A DNA stretch of 64,000 nt from a virus: IMG/VR virus record IMGVR_UViG_3300036857_000619, positions 60,824 through 124,823 of that record. One strand, given 5' to 3'. The position numbers and the translations under genes were made by a program. This document shows positions 1 to 9,881 of this stretch, piece by piece. Position 1 is the stretch's first letter. Each line of letters starts with the position of its first letter. The notes beneath the pieces are model-generated. The model saw only the letters and a list, made by a program, of their open reading frames with translations, made no database searches and was not told the origin of the DNA.

Positions 1-770
1 AGTTTGACCACGACGTCGCCCGACGGCATCTCGAACAGGCGGAAGAAGCCGATGCGATTCGGCGGCCCGAGATCGTACAGCGCTTCGATCTGGGAGTATT
101 TCTGGAGATAACTGAGCGCGGACTCACCCGCGCGGCGGTAGGCGTTTTCGACGTTGACGTCCCCACCCGCAGACAGGCCGCCGGTGCCGGAGTGCCAGAT
201 GAAGCGCAACCCGACCGGATCGGCGATGCCGAAGCCATAAACGCGGCCCGTGGACTGGAGGTTGGCCAGCGTGTGCGGCACGTTCGCCCGCAGCAGCACC
301 GCGTGGGCGATCTCCGTGTACGTCGCGCAACCGGCGAAGTGGCCAGAGCTGGGCACCAGGTCCTGGACGCGCAGACCCCCGATCCCGATCGAGTAGGTGG
401 TGTTGCCGAAGGTCAGATTGGGGATCGTCCGTCCGGGGATGCTGGTGCTCTCCTGCCAGTTGATGTATTCGTCGGCTCGCGACAGCTCGCCGACGCAGTC
501 CATGACGACGTTGCGCGGCAAGAGGTCGTAGTGCGCCTTGCGGCGGCGGCCCTTGAAGCGCGTGATGAGCCCATTACCCCCGTCAGCTACGGCGACACCG
601 CACTTGATCTCGACCGGAGAGTCGTACGTGCCGTAGGCGTAGGGCGCGACGATGGTGGCGCGCGCGACGGCGTCCGTCAGTGAGTGGCTGGCGCGAAACG
701 CCAGGAAGTCGTGCACAGTCTGATTGCCGACGGTCAACTGCGCCTGGATCTGGCGGCGCACGATCGGCAT
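1..770 (-). CDS. Tail/baseplate hub-like protein, 3' end runs off the window
   Basis: ATG at 770 overlaps the stop of 770..1279 (TGATG). Frame translated by hand (MPIVRRQIQAQLTVGNQ...FRLFEMPSGDVVVK) appears open to base 1. Second gene after the tape measure; absent from the ORF track because it is truncated. Confidence 0.55.
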   Translation of the reverse strand, partial: MPIVRRQIQAQLTVGNQTVHDFLAFRASHSLTDAVARATIVAPYAYGTYDSPVEIKCGVAVADGGNGLITRFKGRRRKAHYDLLPRNVVMDCVGELSRADEYINWQESTSIPGRTIPNLTFGNTTYSIGIGGLRVQDLVPSSGHFAGCATYTEIAHAVLLRANVPHTLANLQSTGRVYGFGIADPVGLRFIWHSGTGGLSAGGDVNVENAYRRAGESALSYLQKYSQIEALYDLGPPNRIGFFRLFEMPSGDVVVK

Positions 771-1279
771 CAGGGACCTATTCCATTCGGCGACGGAGCG
801 CCCGTCTCCTCGTGCGTCTGGGCGGTCTTCGCGGTCCCACCGATCGCCCCGTCTGGGGCACTGGCGGGATCGACCAGCAGGAGGAAGTCGGCTTCCGCCT
901 TGTGGACCGCCATCGGCAGCGCCTCGTTGCGGCTCAGGCTGACCAGGATGGCCGTGTAGGTGACTGGCTCCGTGATGACAGGCCGGTTGGCGATGCCAGA
1001 GCGGACCTGCAGGCTCATGTTGAGCGGACCACTGGGGTCCGGCCCCCAGTGATCGACATACACGACACCGCCCACGCTCGGATCGCCAGCCACGCGCACG
1101 GAGCATGGGCGCACGTAGCTGAACAGCGCGTCGAGCTCGACGATGTCGTACACGAGGATGGATCCCGACAGGTGCAGGGCGCCGTCCTGGATGGTGCGTT
1201 TCGGGTTGCCGTATTCCCAGTCGAAGCCCGTGCCGCGGAAACTTGAGACCGGGGAGTAGTAGGGCGAGGGCATCGTCAT
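770..1279 (-). CDS. Putative distal tail (Dit-like) protein, 169 aa
   Basis: Coupled directly downstream of the tape measure; beta-rich composition; call from synteny. Confidence 0.5.
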   Translation of the reverse strand: MTMPSPYYSPVSSFRGTGFDWEYGNPKRTIQDGALHLSGSILVYDIVELDALFSYVRPCSVRVAGDPSVGGVVYVDHWGPDPSGPLNMSLQVRSGIANRPVITEPVTYTAILVSLSRNEALPMAVHKAEADFLLLVDPASAPDGAIGGTAKTAQTHEETGAPSPNGIGP

Positions 1280-4200
1280 CGCTGAGCGACTCCCGACATC
1301 GTGCCGTTGACGTTGCCCTGAGCGGTGCGGAACACGTAGACGAGCTGATTGCGCACCTGTTCGTAGGTCTGATCGCCGGCTTGATCGGCGGCGGCGCGGG
1401 CGATGCGTTCGATGTCCTCCTGGGAATTGATCGTCGCGCCGCTCAGATCGACGCTGATCGACGGCGCGGTCGACGGCATCATCGCCGCGTGGTACACCTC
1501 GGCCTGCTCGGGTTCGGCCGCGGGTGTGATCGGCGCCTGGACGTAGCTCTGAATCGGGCGAACGTCGGGCCCCTGCGGAAACAGCCGCCGCAGCACCTGG
1601 TCGCTCGCGCCGCTGAAGATCTGCCGGATCTCGGGCGTGAGCGTGTCGCCGAAGCCCTGCATCGCTGCCTGGAGCTGCTGTTTGGTCGCGACCGGCGCCT
1701 GGGCGGGTGGTGGCGCCGGCTGCGGCTGCGGTTGGGCCTCGAGACTGCGGAGCGCGGCGACGATCTGGGCGAACTCGCTCAGCTCTTCGGGCGTCGGCTG
1801 GGTCTGGTAGGGATCTCGGCCTGGGACGAGGATGCCCTGGCGCACGCCCTCCTGTTGGGCCCGCGCGAAGGCCGTCGGCAGATCGAGCAAACCCGATTCG
1901 ATGGCCCCGAGATCGTTGTGCACGAACTCCGGCGCAAGCCCGAGGTGGCGCAGCGCCGCATTGGTCACTTCCTGCGCGGAGGGCGGTGCTGCCGCGGGTG
2001 GGGGCTGGGACGGTTGTCCGCCGCCGCCTGCGCCGCCACCCGGCCGCTGGTCCGGATACTCGCCGCGCTCGCCGCGCCGCTGGTCCTCGAGCGCGCGCTG
2101 GTTGGCTTGCTTGGTCTGCTCGTCGGTGATCTGCTTCTGAATATCCAGGCGCGCCTGGTCCGCCACGAGCTGCAGCGCCGTCGTCTTCAGCAGGTCGTTG
2201 GCGACATTCAGCAGGTCGGTCTCGGCTGCCAACCCGGCGTTTTCGAGGATCGCGGCGCGTTCGGCGGCCGTTGCCTGACGCTCGAGCGCGTCAGCCCCCA
2301 GCACCTGCCGCTCGGCGATCTCGCGTTCCGGTTCGCGCTGCAGATCGCGCAGATCGAGGGCCGTCTGGATGTGTAGTTGCTGGTTCTGCAGACTCGCCGC
2401 GATCTGCTGTTGCTGGAGCTGGACGTCCTCGAGCGCGCGCTGCTCGTTGCTCAGTTGATTCAGGATCAGGTCGCGCGCGATCTGCTCGTCCTCAAGCTGG
2501 CGTTGGGGGCCGACCAGCGAGCGTTGCGCTTCCAGGGACTGGGGCAGTTGGGCCTGCGCTTCGAGCGTGGCCTGGATCTGTTCCTGCACCAGACCAGGGA
2601 TCGCCCCAAAGTCCGCGCCGCGGCCGAGCAGCACATTGGCGCCGATCGCACGCAACCGCGCGCCGGCGATCGTGGCGCGATACTGCAGGTCCTCCTGCTC
2701 GCGCGTGGCAGCCAACGAGCCCTGACGGGCCAGGAGCAGCTGTCGCTCAGTCTCCAGGTTGGTGCGCTGGGCGATGGTGACCCTTGCCTGGAGCTGAGTC
2801 TGTTGCAACTGGTTGTCGGAGATGGCCAGCTCGAGTTGGAGTTGCTGCGCCTTGAGATTGGTGAGCTCCTGCTGGCGGCTGATGCCATTGGCCTGGACGT
2901 CGAGCAAGTCGTGCTGGTGCTGGGCGGAGAGCTCGTCGAGTTGCGCCTGGGCCTGGGCACGGCCCATGGCGATGTAGGCGCGCGCCTGCTCGATCTGTTT
3001 GAGCTGCGCCTGGGCGCCGGCCTGGCGCTGAAGATCGGCCAGCTCCTCCGCGGCTGGCCGCGTGCCGGGCTGACCCTGGATCGTCGCGACCGCGCCGGGT
3101 CCCTGTGCCGCGGCGCGGACCAGCGGCGGCAGCACTTCCAGGTTCTGGGCCTGCAGCGCCGTCGCCGCGTTGCGCTGGGCGAGGACCTGGGAAATCGCCT
3201 GGCCCTGGGCGAAGCTGGTGATGCCACCCGGCGGGATGACCAGCGGCGCGAAGGGTCCCAGCGCCGCCTGGCCGAGCTGCTGCGCCCGCTGGGCGATGGG
3301 CTGCAGATTGGTGATCAGGTCCAGCCGCGACTGCACGTCCTGGCTGGCCGTCGACAGCGCCGTGAGGCTGTTGGCCGCACCAGCGAGCGCTGGCGTCAGC
3401 TGCGTCTTGTGCGCGCGCGTGGCCTCATCAGCCGCTTGCTTCTCTTGCTGGAGCGCGATCGCGGCGTCGCGCACCGCCGGCGCCATGTCCTCGGGCTTGA
3501 CGCCCTGCTCGATCTGCGCCTGCGCCAGGGCGCGCGCTGCGATCGGGTTGGACTCCTCCGCGCCGAGCTGGAGCAGATAACCCTGCGGGCCGCGGCGATA
3601 GATCCGCACGTCTTCGGGTCGGGTGCCAGTGACAGTGGCCTGCAACTCGGGGTTGGCCGCCTCGATCAGCGATCGCGTGCGGAAGTTGCGGAGGATGTCC
3701 TCGGAGCGGAGGCCGACGAGGCCGGTGAGGCCCGCCAGCATCTTGGCCAGCTCGCCACCGGCATAGCCGACGACGGTCGAGAACGCCTCCCACGCCTGCT
3801 GGTTGCTCTTGGCCAACTGGTCCTGGGAATCGGCGAGCTTCTGGGCGTCACCAACCTGGCGCTCGTAGGTGTCGTTGAGCTGTTCCTGGATGGCCTGCAG
3901 ACGGATGAGCTGCTGCGTCGCCTCAGGCAGTTGGTCGAACCAGGCGCCAAACTGCTGCAGCGTCTGGCCAGGCAGCGGCTGGCGGCCGGTCAGCCGCTGG
4001 GTGAGCGCGGCAGAGCTGACGTCGATCGCACCGCCTGTCATGCGCGTCAGCTGGTCGGTGCTGCCGGAGATTGCCTGCTGGATCGCCTGGCCCGCGTCTT
4101 CGACGCTGGTACCGAACTCTCTGCCCAGCAGCCCAGCCTGCAGATTGAGCTGCGTCGCCAGATCGCCCTGCGGCGCCACGCCGGCACGCCGCGCGAGTGC

Positions 4201-7200
4201 CTGACCGGCGGTCGTCGCGCCGAGCTGGGCGCCGATATCAGCTGGCAGGCCACGCTGAATCTGGGAGACGAACGCCTGCTGACCGATCTGCGCACGGACC
4301 AGCTCGGTGCGCGTGCCCGCGATCTGCGCGCTGCGCGCCAGTTGCTGGTTGACGCCTTCGATCTGGTCGGACCGCTCGCCGTAGACCGCGTTGGTGGCGC
4401 GCGCGGCGCGCTGCCAGTCGCCCTCGGTCTGAATTGCGGCGGCGAACAGGTCGTGGAGTTGGCGGCCCAGGGAGCCCAGGATCGAGATGCCGACGCCCAG
4501 GCCGATCAGGTCCGTGCCGAAGCGGACGACGTCGCCGGAGGTGCCGCGGAACAGACGGTTGATGGCCTGGACGCCACGGCCGACGATGCCGAGCCCGTGG
4601 CCAGCCCGCTCGGAACTGGTCTCCAGACCGCGCAGGCTGCGGCTGTAGTCCTGGGTCGACTGGATCTGCTCGCCGAAGACGCGCGCCGGTCCGTAGGTCT
4701 CGGGCGTGATGCGGATGCGTTGACCGCCGATCGGGACGATCCGACCTTCCATGCCCGCCGGGACGGCGGTGCCGACCGCGGCTCGAGCACGCGCCTGGAG
4801 CGCGGGTGTCTCCAGCAGGCTAATGACCTGTTCCGAAGTCTCGAGGACCTGGCGGGTCGCGCGCGTGGTGCGCCGCGTGCCGCGTGTCGCTTCCTGGAGC
4901 TCGGCCGAGTAGTCGACGAGCGCGCGGTAGAGCGGGTAGGTCGCCTCGTTGATCTGGACGAAGCGCCGCTCGAGACCGCGGCCGACGGGCTGGATGGTGC
5001 CGGCGAGGATGGGTGGCAGCTCGTCGGTCCGCGCGCGTGCCTCCGCGCGCCGCGAGACCGGCAGCAGCTCCGCGACTTCCTCGGGTGTGGTGCGAACCCG
5101 CGCCCGTTCTTCACGCGCGCGCCGATCCGTCTCGGCCCGAATCCGGCGAGCTTCCCTCTCTCGCTCCTCCTCCGAGCGTCGCGCCAGCGCCGCCAACTCC
5201 TCGGCGGAGGGCGGCTCAACCTCCGAGGCGTAGGCGCGGATGAACGGCGGGAAGCTCGCGAGCCGCGTACCGCTCAGCAGCTCGCCCGCGCGACCGCCGC
5301 GTCGCCGTGCCTGCCGACGGGCCTCCCGCGCGGCGACGCTGAGCTCGCCCAGCTCCTCCGGGCTCATGGTGCCCGACTCGTATTCGGCCAGCAGCGGCGT
5401 CGTCAGGAAGCGCTCGGGCACGCCCGCCGCGCGGGCGACGGCCCGCATGCCACGCGTGTCCCTGGACAGCCGCGCCGTGGTTTCGCCGCTGCGCCTGGCG
5501 GCGGCGGTGCCGCGGTCGGTCGCCCCCGCCGCCTCGGCCTCGGCGCGCATCAGGCGCTCGAGCAGCGGCAGCTTGGCACGGATGGCCTCAGCTTCGGTGT
5601 CGATCGCTTCGGCGCTGTCGCGTGCGGACGCGGCCGCGTCGTCGGTCGCGTCGGCGGTCTCTCGCTCGCGGTCCGTCAGTCCCTCGAGGTAGTCGGCGAC
5701 TTCCTCAGGAGTCGACGGCCCTGGGGCGGCGGCCGCGGCTGGCGTGTAGGCAGGCCGCATCGCCGCGGCCGCCAGCGGACTGACGTACGGACCGGTCGGG
5801 GCCGCTGCGGCGGCTGGGATCGCGGCCGGTGGCGGGCCGATAGTCGGCTCGGGGTAGATGTCCTCTTCTTCAGGCGCTGCCGCTGCACCCGCAAGACGCG
5901 CGGAGACGGCCGCCATCGCCGCACGGCGGGTGGGGCTGCGCACTGCGCCCATCGCGGCGATCGTGCGTGACGCCTCGGGCTCGCGCAGGCGCTCCTCGGG
6001 TGCTTGCGGCGGTAGCTCGTCGGCCAGGTAGCTGAGCCTGCCGGACACCTGCAGCATGACCTGGTTGACCGTCTGCAGCTCGGACTTGGCGGCGTCCAGC
6101 TCCTTGCCAGTCCTGGTGGCGACCTCGTGCTCGAGCGCACGGCGATCCGCGCGCAGCTGGAGCATCTGCGCCTTGGCGCGGTTCCATTCCGCCTCGAGCT
6201 CGGCGATGCGCAGCTCGGACAGCTGGGCGACCTGATAGCGGTACTTCTGCGGGTCGTCGCCCTCCGGCATCGTCTGGAACAGCCTGCGGAACTCGGTGCC
6301 GGAGGCCTTCTTGCCAACGTAGACGCTGACCTGTTTACCCGCCTGGCTGATGAGCTCGGCGAAGAGCTGGCGGCCGGAATCGGCGGTGACGCCCTGGAAG
6401 CGGCCCGTCAGCCCCTTGTACTGGCCGCTCAGGATCTGCAGGATCTGACCGCGCTCGACATCCCAGTTCTTCGGCTGGGCCGAGACGCCGATCGGGCGGT
6501 CGCGGAAGATGACGTCGCCCATCTGGCGCGCCGCCTGCTGGCGTGCGCCGGCCGGCGTGAGGCCCTGGCGCACCAGCTCCTGGCGCATGGCGGCGACGCG
6601 CGTGGACCGCTCTGCCTGGTAGCGCGCGTAGGCGCCTGCGGTCAGCTGCGGGCCTGGCTCGACGGCCGCCGTGCGGCCGCCGCTCTGCGCCTGACGCCGG
6701 CCGCGCACGCCTGGCGCCATCTCCGCGGCGCGCGCGCGCAGCTCCTCGACACGCCGCGTGTCGCCCGCGTTCCGCGCCTCGACGATCCGCCTGGCGAGGT
6801 CCCCGCGTGCTTGCAGCCAGTCGTCCTGGCCGGAGAGCACCTGCTCGAGCAGCGCGCGCGTCTCGGCCAGGCTGTTCAGCGCCTGTTGGGCGACCGCGTC
6901 CTTCCGCTCGCCGATCTGCCGTTCGAGCTGGGTGATCGCCTCCAGCTGGCGACGCGCCGCGGCCGTCACCTCCCCGATCGTCAGCTCGCCTGTGCGTGCC
7001 TCCTTCGCCGCCGGCGGTTCGTAGTCCAGCCGCTTCAGCCACGCGAGTCGCTCCGGGGTGTCGGCCGGCGGCGGCTCCGCGCGGCGCGCCTCCTGGGCCA
7101 TCGTGCCCGGCGTGGTCAGGCGAGTGGCGCGCTGCTGGAGCTCGGCCGCCGTCTGCAGCAGTCCCTGGCGGATGCTGAGCACGACGTCGTCGATGCGCTT

Positions 7201-9102
7201 CATGCCGGCCTGGACGGCCAGGTACTCCGGCGAGCGCGCCGGGCGCGCGCGGGTGGCCTGCTGGACCGCCTCGGACATCGGCGTGCGCACCGCCTGGGCG
7301 AGCGCCGCGACCGCGCCCTCGACGCCATCCTCGACCATGCGCTGCAGCGTCGCGACGTCCTCGCGGCCACGCCGCGTCAGCGCCACTTCCTGGCGGGACG
7401 GCTGGGGCGCGCCGGTCGGCCTGGCGCCCTCGGTGAGGCCGAGCTGCTCGCGCGTGAGGCCGCTCTCGTTGACGATCGCCTCGGCCCTAGCCGTCAGCTC
7501 CGTAATGCGCGTCTCGAGGGCGCGGATACGGGTCTCGTACTCGGCGATCTTGCGCGACGGGCCGACGTGGCTGTAGACGCCCTGCCGCTCACCTTCCGCG
7601 AGCGCCCGCATGACGTCCTGGTGCGACTCGACGTACGGCGTGTCGCGCTCGATGCCGCGGCGCGCCTCGATCAGCCGCTTCAGCTCGGCGATCTCGGCCT
7701 CTTGCTCACGGATGCGGGCCATGACCGCGCCGAAGGCCTCGGCGGGTGTCTGGGTGGGCGCCGGCGCGGCCGCGGCCTCGGGCACCTGCTCCGCGCCTGG
7801 CTCTTGCGGCGGCTCGGCGGCCGTGGTTGGGCGTCGTCGACGACGTCCGCCGCCACCACCAGCGCCCGCGCCCGCGCCAGTCTCCGCGGTAGTCGCCGCT
7901 GCGGTGGTCGCCTGCTGGACGGTCTGCGCCTGCTGGTCGATCTGCTGCGCCTGAGCGGCCGCCTGCTGGACGGTCTCCGCCTGCTGCTCGATCTGCTGCG
8001 CCGAGCTGGCCGCGGCGGCCTTGAGCGCACGGTCAGCCGCGCGCCACTGCTCGAACGCCGGCTGGAGCGTCGTGACCACCGCATCGACGGCGGCCGCCGT
8101 CTCTTTCGGCAGCTGCTCGAACTGCTTGACCATCGGCAGCGCCTGCTGCAGCAGCGCGCGGCTGGCGGCCACGGCCCCTTCCTGCGAGCGCGTCAGCTGC
8201 TCGCCGCCCTGCAAGCGGGTCGTGCCCGTGCGCATGCGTTCGGCCAGCGCCTGCAGGTTGTCCTGGCTCGTCTTGAAGTGCTGCTGCAGCGCGTCGACCG
8301 GCGCGGCGGCGGCCGCCTGGACCTGCGCCTGCTCGCGCTCGAGCCCGACGTACGACTTCGCCGACACGAAGCGCGGGATCAGCGGCGCGCGGTAGACGCC
8401 GGCCGCGAGCGCCTCGCGCGCCAGCCGCTCCTTTTCCTCGAGGGTGGACAGCTGCTCCCTGGCCGTCGGCAGGTTGCGCTCGGCGATCTTGGACCGCGTC
8501 CCCGCGGCGATCGCCCGCTCGGAGGCGGCGATGTTGCCGGCGCGCGTGGCCACGTCGTGCGCCAGGGCGGTGACGACCTGCTCCATGAACTGGCGCGTGC
8601 CCTGGGGCGCGTCGATGCGGCCGGCGGTGCCGCGCGTTGGGCCGGTGGCCGCCCGCCGCCGCTCTTCCTGGCGCTGCTGGACCGTCTGCTGCTGCTGCTG
8701 CTGCGTTTGCTGGCGGGCACGCTCCGCGTCGCGGATGGCCTTTTGCTCGGCGCGGTACTCCTCCTCGAGCTCCTGGAGCACGCGGCGCTGGGCATCGCCG
8801 ACCTCAGCGCCCTTCTGCACGGCGGCGTTCTGGGCGTTCTGCGCCTCGGTGAGCTTCTGGGTGGCCTCGGTCGCGGCGTTGATTTTGTCGGTCGGCAGGT
8901 TCAGCCGGCTGGCGGCCTGACTGGCGTTGCTGAAGGCGTCCTGGACGCCAGCCGCGAAGTCCTGGAGCGCCTCGTTGGCCGCCTCGAGCCCTTCGGCGAG
9001 CGGCTGGAGATTGGCGTCGACGTTGACCTGGAGCTCGCCGGCGACGGCCTCGGAGCCCGTCTCGCCGGTGAAGTCCTCGTTCGGCGTGAACTGACCCGCC
9101 AT
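1276..9102 (-). CDS. Tape measure protein, 2608 aa
   Basis: Very long Ala/Gln/Glu/Arg-rich helical ORF downstream of tail tube and chaperones; Gly/hydrophobic segment (GTDLIGLGVGISILGSLG). Confidence 0.85.
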   Translation of the reverse strand: MAGQFTPNEDFTGETGSEAVAGELQVNVDANLQPLAEGLEAANEALQDFAAGVQDAFSNASQAASRLNLPTDKINAATEATQKLTEAQNAQNAAVQKGAEVGDAQRRVLQELEEEYRAEQKAIRDAERARQQTQQQQQQTVQQRQEERRRAATGPTRGTAGRIDAPQGTRQFMEQVVTALAHDVATRAGNIAASERAIAAGTRSKIAERNLPTAREQLSTLEEKERLAREALAAGVYRAPLIPRFVSAKSYVGLEREQAQVQAAAAAPVDALQQHFKTSQDNLQALAERMRTGTTRLQGGEQLTRSQEGAVAASRALLQQALPMVKQFEQLPKETAAAVDAVVTTLQPAFEQWRAADRALKAAAASSAQQIEQQAETVQQAAAQAQQIDQQAQTVQQATTAAATTAETGAGAGAGGGGGRRRRRPTTAAEPPQEPGAEQVPEAAAAPAPTQTPAEAFGAVMARIREQEAEIAELKRLIEARRGIERDTPYVESHQDVMRALAEGERQGVYSHVGPSRKIAEYETRIRALETRITELTARAEAIVNESGLTREQLGLTEGARPTGAPQPSRQEVALTRRGREDVATLQRMVEDGVEGAVAALAQAVRTPMSEAVQQATRARPARSPEYLAVQAGMKRIDDVVLSIRQGLLQTAAELQQRATRLTTPGTMAQEARRAEPPPADTPERLAWLKRLDYEPPAAKEARTGELTIGEVTAAARRQLEAITQLERQIGERKDAVAQQALNSLAETRALLEQVLSGQDDWLQARGDLARRIVEARNAGDTRRVEELRARAAEMAPGVRGRRQAQSGGRTAAVEPGPQLTAGAYARYQAERSTRVAAMRQELVRQGLTPAGARQQAARQMGDVIFRDRPIGVSAQPKNWDVERGQILQILSGQYKGLTGRFQGVTADSGRQLFAELISQAGKQVSVYVGKKASGTEFRRLFQTMPEGDDPQKYRYQVAQLSELRIAELEAEWNRAKAQMLQLRADRRALEHEVATRTGKELDAAKSELQTVNQVMLQVSGRLSYLADELPPQAPEERLREPEASRTIAAMGAVRSPTRRAAMAAVSARLAGAAAAPEEEDIYPEPTIGPPPAAIPAAAAAPTGPYVSPLAAAAMRPAYTPAAAAAPGPSTPEEVADYLEGLTDRERETADATDDAAASARDSAEAIDTEAEAIRAKLPLLERLMRAEAEAAGATDRGTAAARRSGETTARLSRDTRGMRAVARAAGVPERFLTTPLLAEYESGTMSPEELGELSVAAREARRQARRRGGRAGELLSGTRLASFPPFIRAYASEVEPPSAEELAALARRSEEEREREARRIRAETDRRAREERARVRTTPEEVAELLPVSRRAEARARTDELPPILAGTIQPVGRGLERRFVQINEATYPLYRALVDYSAELQEATRGTRRTTRATRQVLETSEQVISLLETPALQARARAAVGTAVPAGMEGRIVPIGGQRIRITPETYGPARVFGEQIQSTQDYSRSLRGLETSSERAGHGLGIVGRGVQAINRLFRGTSGDVVRFGTDLIGLGVGISILGSLGRQLHDLFAAAIQTEGDWQRAARATNAVYGERSDQIEGVNQQLARSAQIAGTRTELVRAQIGQQAFVSQIQRGLPADIGAQLGATTAGQALARRAGVAPQGDLATQLNLQAGLLGREFGTSVEDAGQAIQQAISGSTDQLTRMTGGAIDVSSAALTQRLTGRQPLPGQTLQQFGAWFDQLPEATQQLIRLQAIQEQLNDTYERQVGDAQKLADSQDQLAKSNQQAWEAFSTVVGYAGGELAKMLAGLTGLVGLRSEDILRNFRTRSLIEAANPELQATVTGTRPEDVRIYRRGPQGYLLQLGAEESNPIAARALAQAQIEQGVKPEDMAPAVRDAAIALQQEKQAADEATRAHKTQLTPALAGAANSLTALSTASQDVQSRLDLITNLQPIAQRAQQLGQAALGPFAPLVIPPGGITSFAQGQAISQVLAQRNAATALQAQNLEVLPPLVRAAAQGPGAVATIQGQPGTRPAAEELADLQRQAGAQAQLKQIEQARAYIAMGRAQAQAQLDELSAQHQHDLLDVQANGISRQQELTNLKAQQLQLELAISDNQLQQTQLQARVTIAQRTNLETERQLLLARQGSLAATREQEDLQYRATIAGARLRAIGANVLLGRGADFGAIPGLVQEQIQATLEAQAQLPQSLEAQRSLVGPQRQLEDEQIARDLILNQLSNEQRALEDVQLQQQQIAASLQNQQLHIQTALDLRDLQREPEREIAERQVLGADALERQATAAERAAILENAGLAAETDLLNVANDLLKTTALQLVADQARLDIQKQITDEQTKQANQRALEDQRRGERGEYPDQRPGGGAGGGGQPSQPPPAAAPPSAQEVTNAALRHLGLAPEFVHNDLGAIESGLLDLPTAFARAQQEGVRQGILVPGRDPYQTQPTPEELSEFAQIVAALRSLEAQPQPQPAPPPAQAPVATKQQLQAAMQGFGDTLTPEIRQIFSGASDQVLRRLFPQGPDVRPIQSYVQAPITPAAEPEQAEVYHAAMMPSTAPSISVDLSGATINSQEDIERIARAAADQAGDQTYEQVRNQLVYVFRTAQGNVNGTMSGVAQR

Positions 9103-9105
9103 GCG

Positions 9106-9294
9106 CTACTGCCGCTCGCCGTGGTCTTCGACGAAGCCCGAGGCCGGGCGCCCGCTGCGCGCGCGCAGCCACGCGAACAGCGCGCGGATCTCGCTGGCGG
9201 TGTCGGGGCGCGGCTGGACCTGCTGCTGAACCAGGGGGCGCCGCGCGGTGCGTGGGCTCGACGGCACCACCCAGACCGGCCGCCTACCCGGCAT
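9106..9294 (-). CDS. Small hypothetical protein (62 aa) whose C-terminus copies the gpT C-terminus
   Basis: GAGGAGG RBS before ATG 9294; ends EIRALFAWLRARSGRPASGFVEDHGERQ. Confidence 0.5.
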   Translation of the reverse strand: MPGRRPVWVVPSSPRTARRPLVQQQVQPRPDTASEIRALFAWLRARSGRPASGFVEDHGERQ

Positions 9295-9478
9295 CCAGTT
9301 CCTCCTCGATCGCGAACAGCGCCTCACCCAGCTCGCACGGCTCGTTGCCCTCACGGCACGCCGCGCACCCCAGCAGGTGCTGATCCAGCACGCTCGGCCC
9401 GGCACAGTCGCAGCAGTCGTAGCAGCACGGCTCGGCCTCCAGATCGCGCGGATCGTGGCGGTGCTCGCTAGCCGCCAC
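9284..9478 (-). CDS. Cys-rich hypothetical protein (64 aa)
   Basis: GTG 9478 overlaps the gpT end; PCCYDCCDC...CAAC...PC; overlaps the next start. Confidence 0.45.
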   Translation of the reverse strand: MAASEHRHDPRDLEAEPCCYDCCDCAGPSVLDQHLLGCAACREGNEPCELGEALFAIEEELDAG

Positions 9479-9881
9479 GCGGGCGCCGATCCTCCTCGAA
9501 GCCGGACGTGCGCGTCGGGTCACCCCAGAACTTGCCCCGCAGCCAGGTGAACAGCGCGCGGATCTCCCGTCGCGCGTCGCGCTGCGACGGATCGGTGCCC
9601 GTCTCGGGGCGCGTGCGCCAGCCACTGGCGCCCTCCGCGTCTTTGATCCACCTGTTCAGCTCCGCCTCGCGGTCCATTTGCCAGCCCGCGTCGGAGACGG
9701 TCAGCACCCGCCGCTGATCGAGCATCTCCTGCGCGTGCAGCGCCCTGAGCGCATCCCACCACGCCCACCACTCCTTCAGGAGCATCCGCCCCTGCTCTTC
9801 GGGGCCTACTCCGTAGTAGCGGCAGAATCGGGCTCGGGCTCGGCCCCAATCGAACTCTGGATCGAGCCCATTTCCGGGGGG
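9468..9881 (-). CDS. Tail assembly chaperone gpT segment (-1 frameshift product, gpGT)
   Basis: -1 frame is open from 9905 to 9468 and reads DPEFDWGRARARFCRYYGVGPEEQGRMLLKEWWAWWDAL, extending well upstream of the track's ATG 9785. Confidence 0.7.
   Translation of the reverse strand, partial: PPGNGLDPEFDWGRARARFCRYYGVGPEEQGRMLLKEWWAWWDALRALHAQEMLDQRRVLTVSDAGWQMDREAELNRWIKDAEGASGWRTRPETGTDPSQRDARREIRALFTWLRGKFWGDPTRTSGFEEDRRPRGG

Noticed and set aside
2377-9471. Long + strand ORFs (1197 aa at 2377..5970, 1114 aa at 6127..9471)
   Set aside because: Antisense shadows of the GC-rich tape measure; Leu/Arg/Gly-rich with no motifs.
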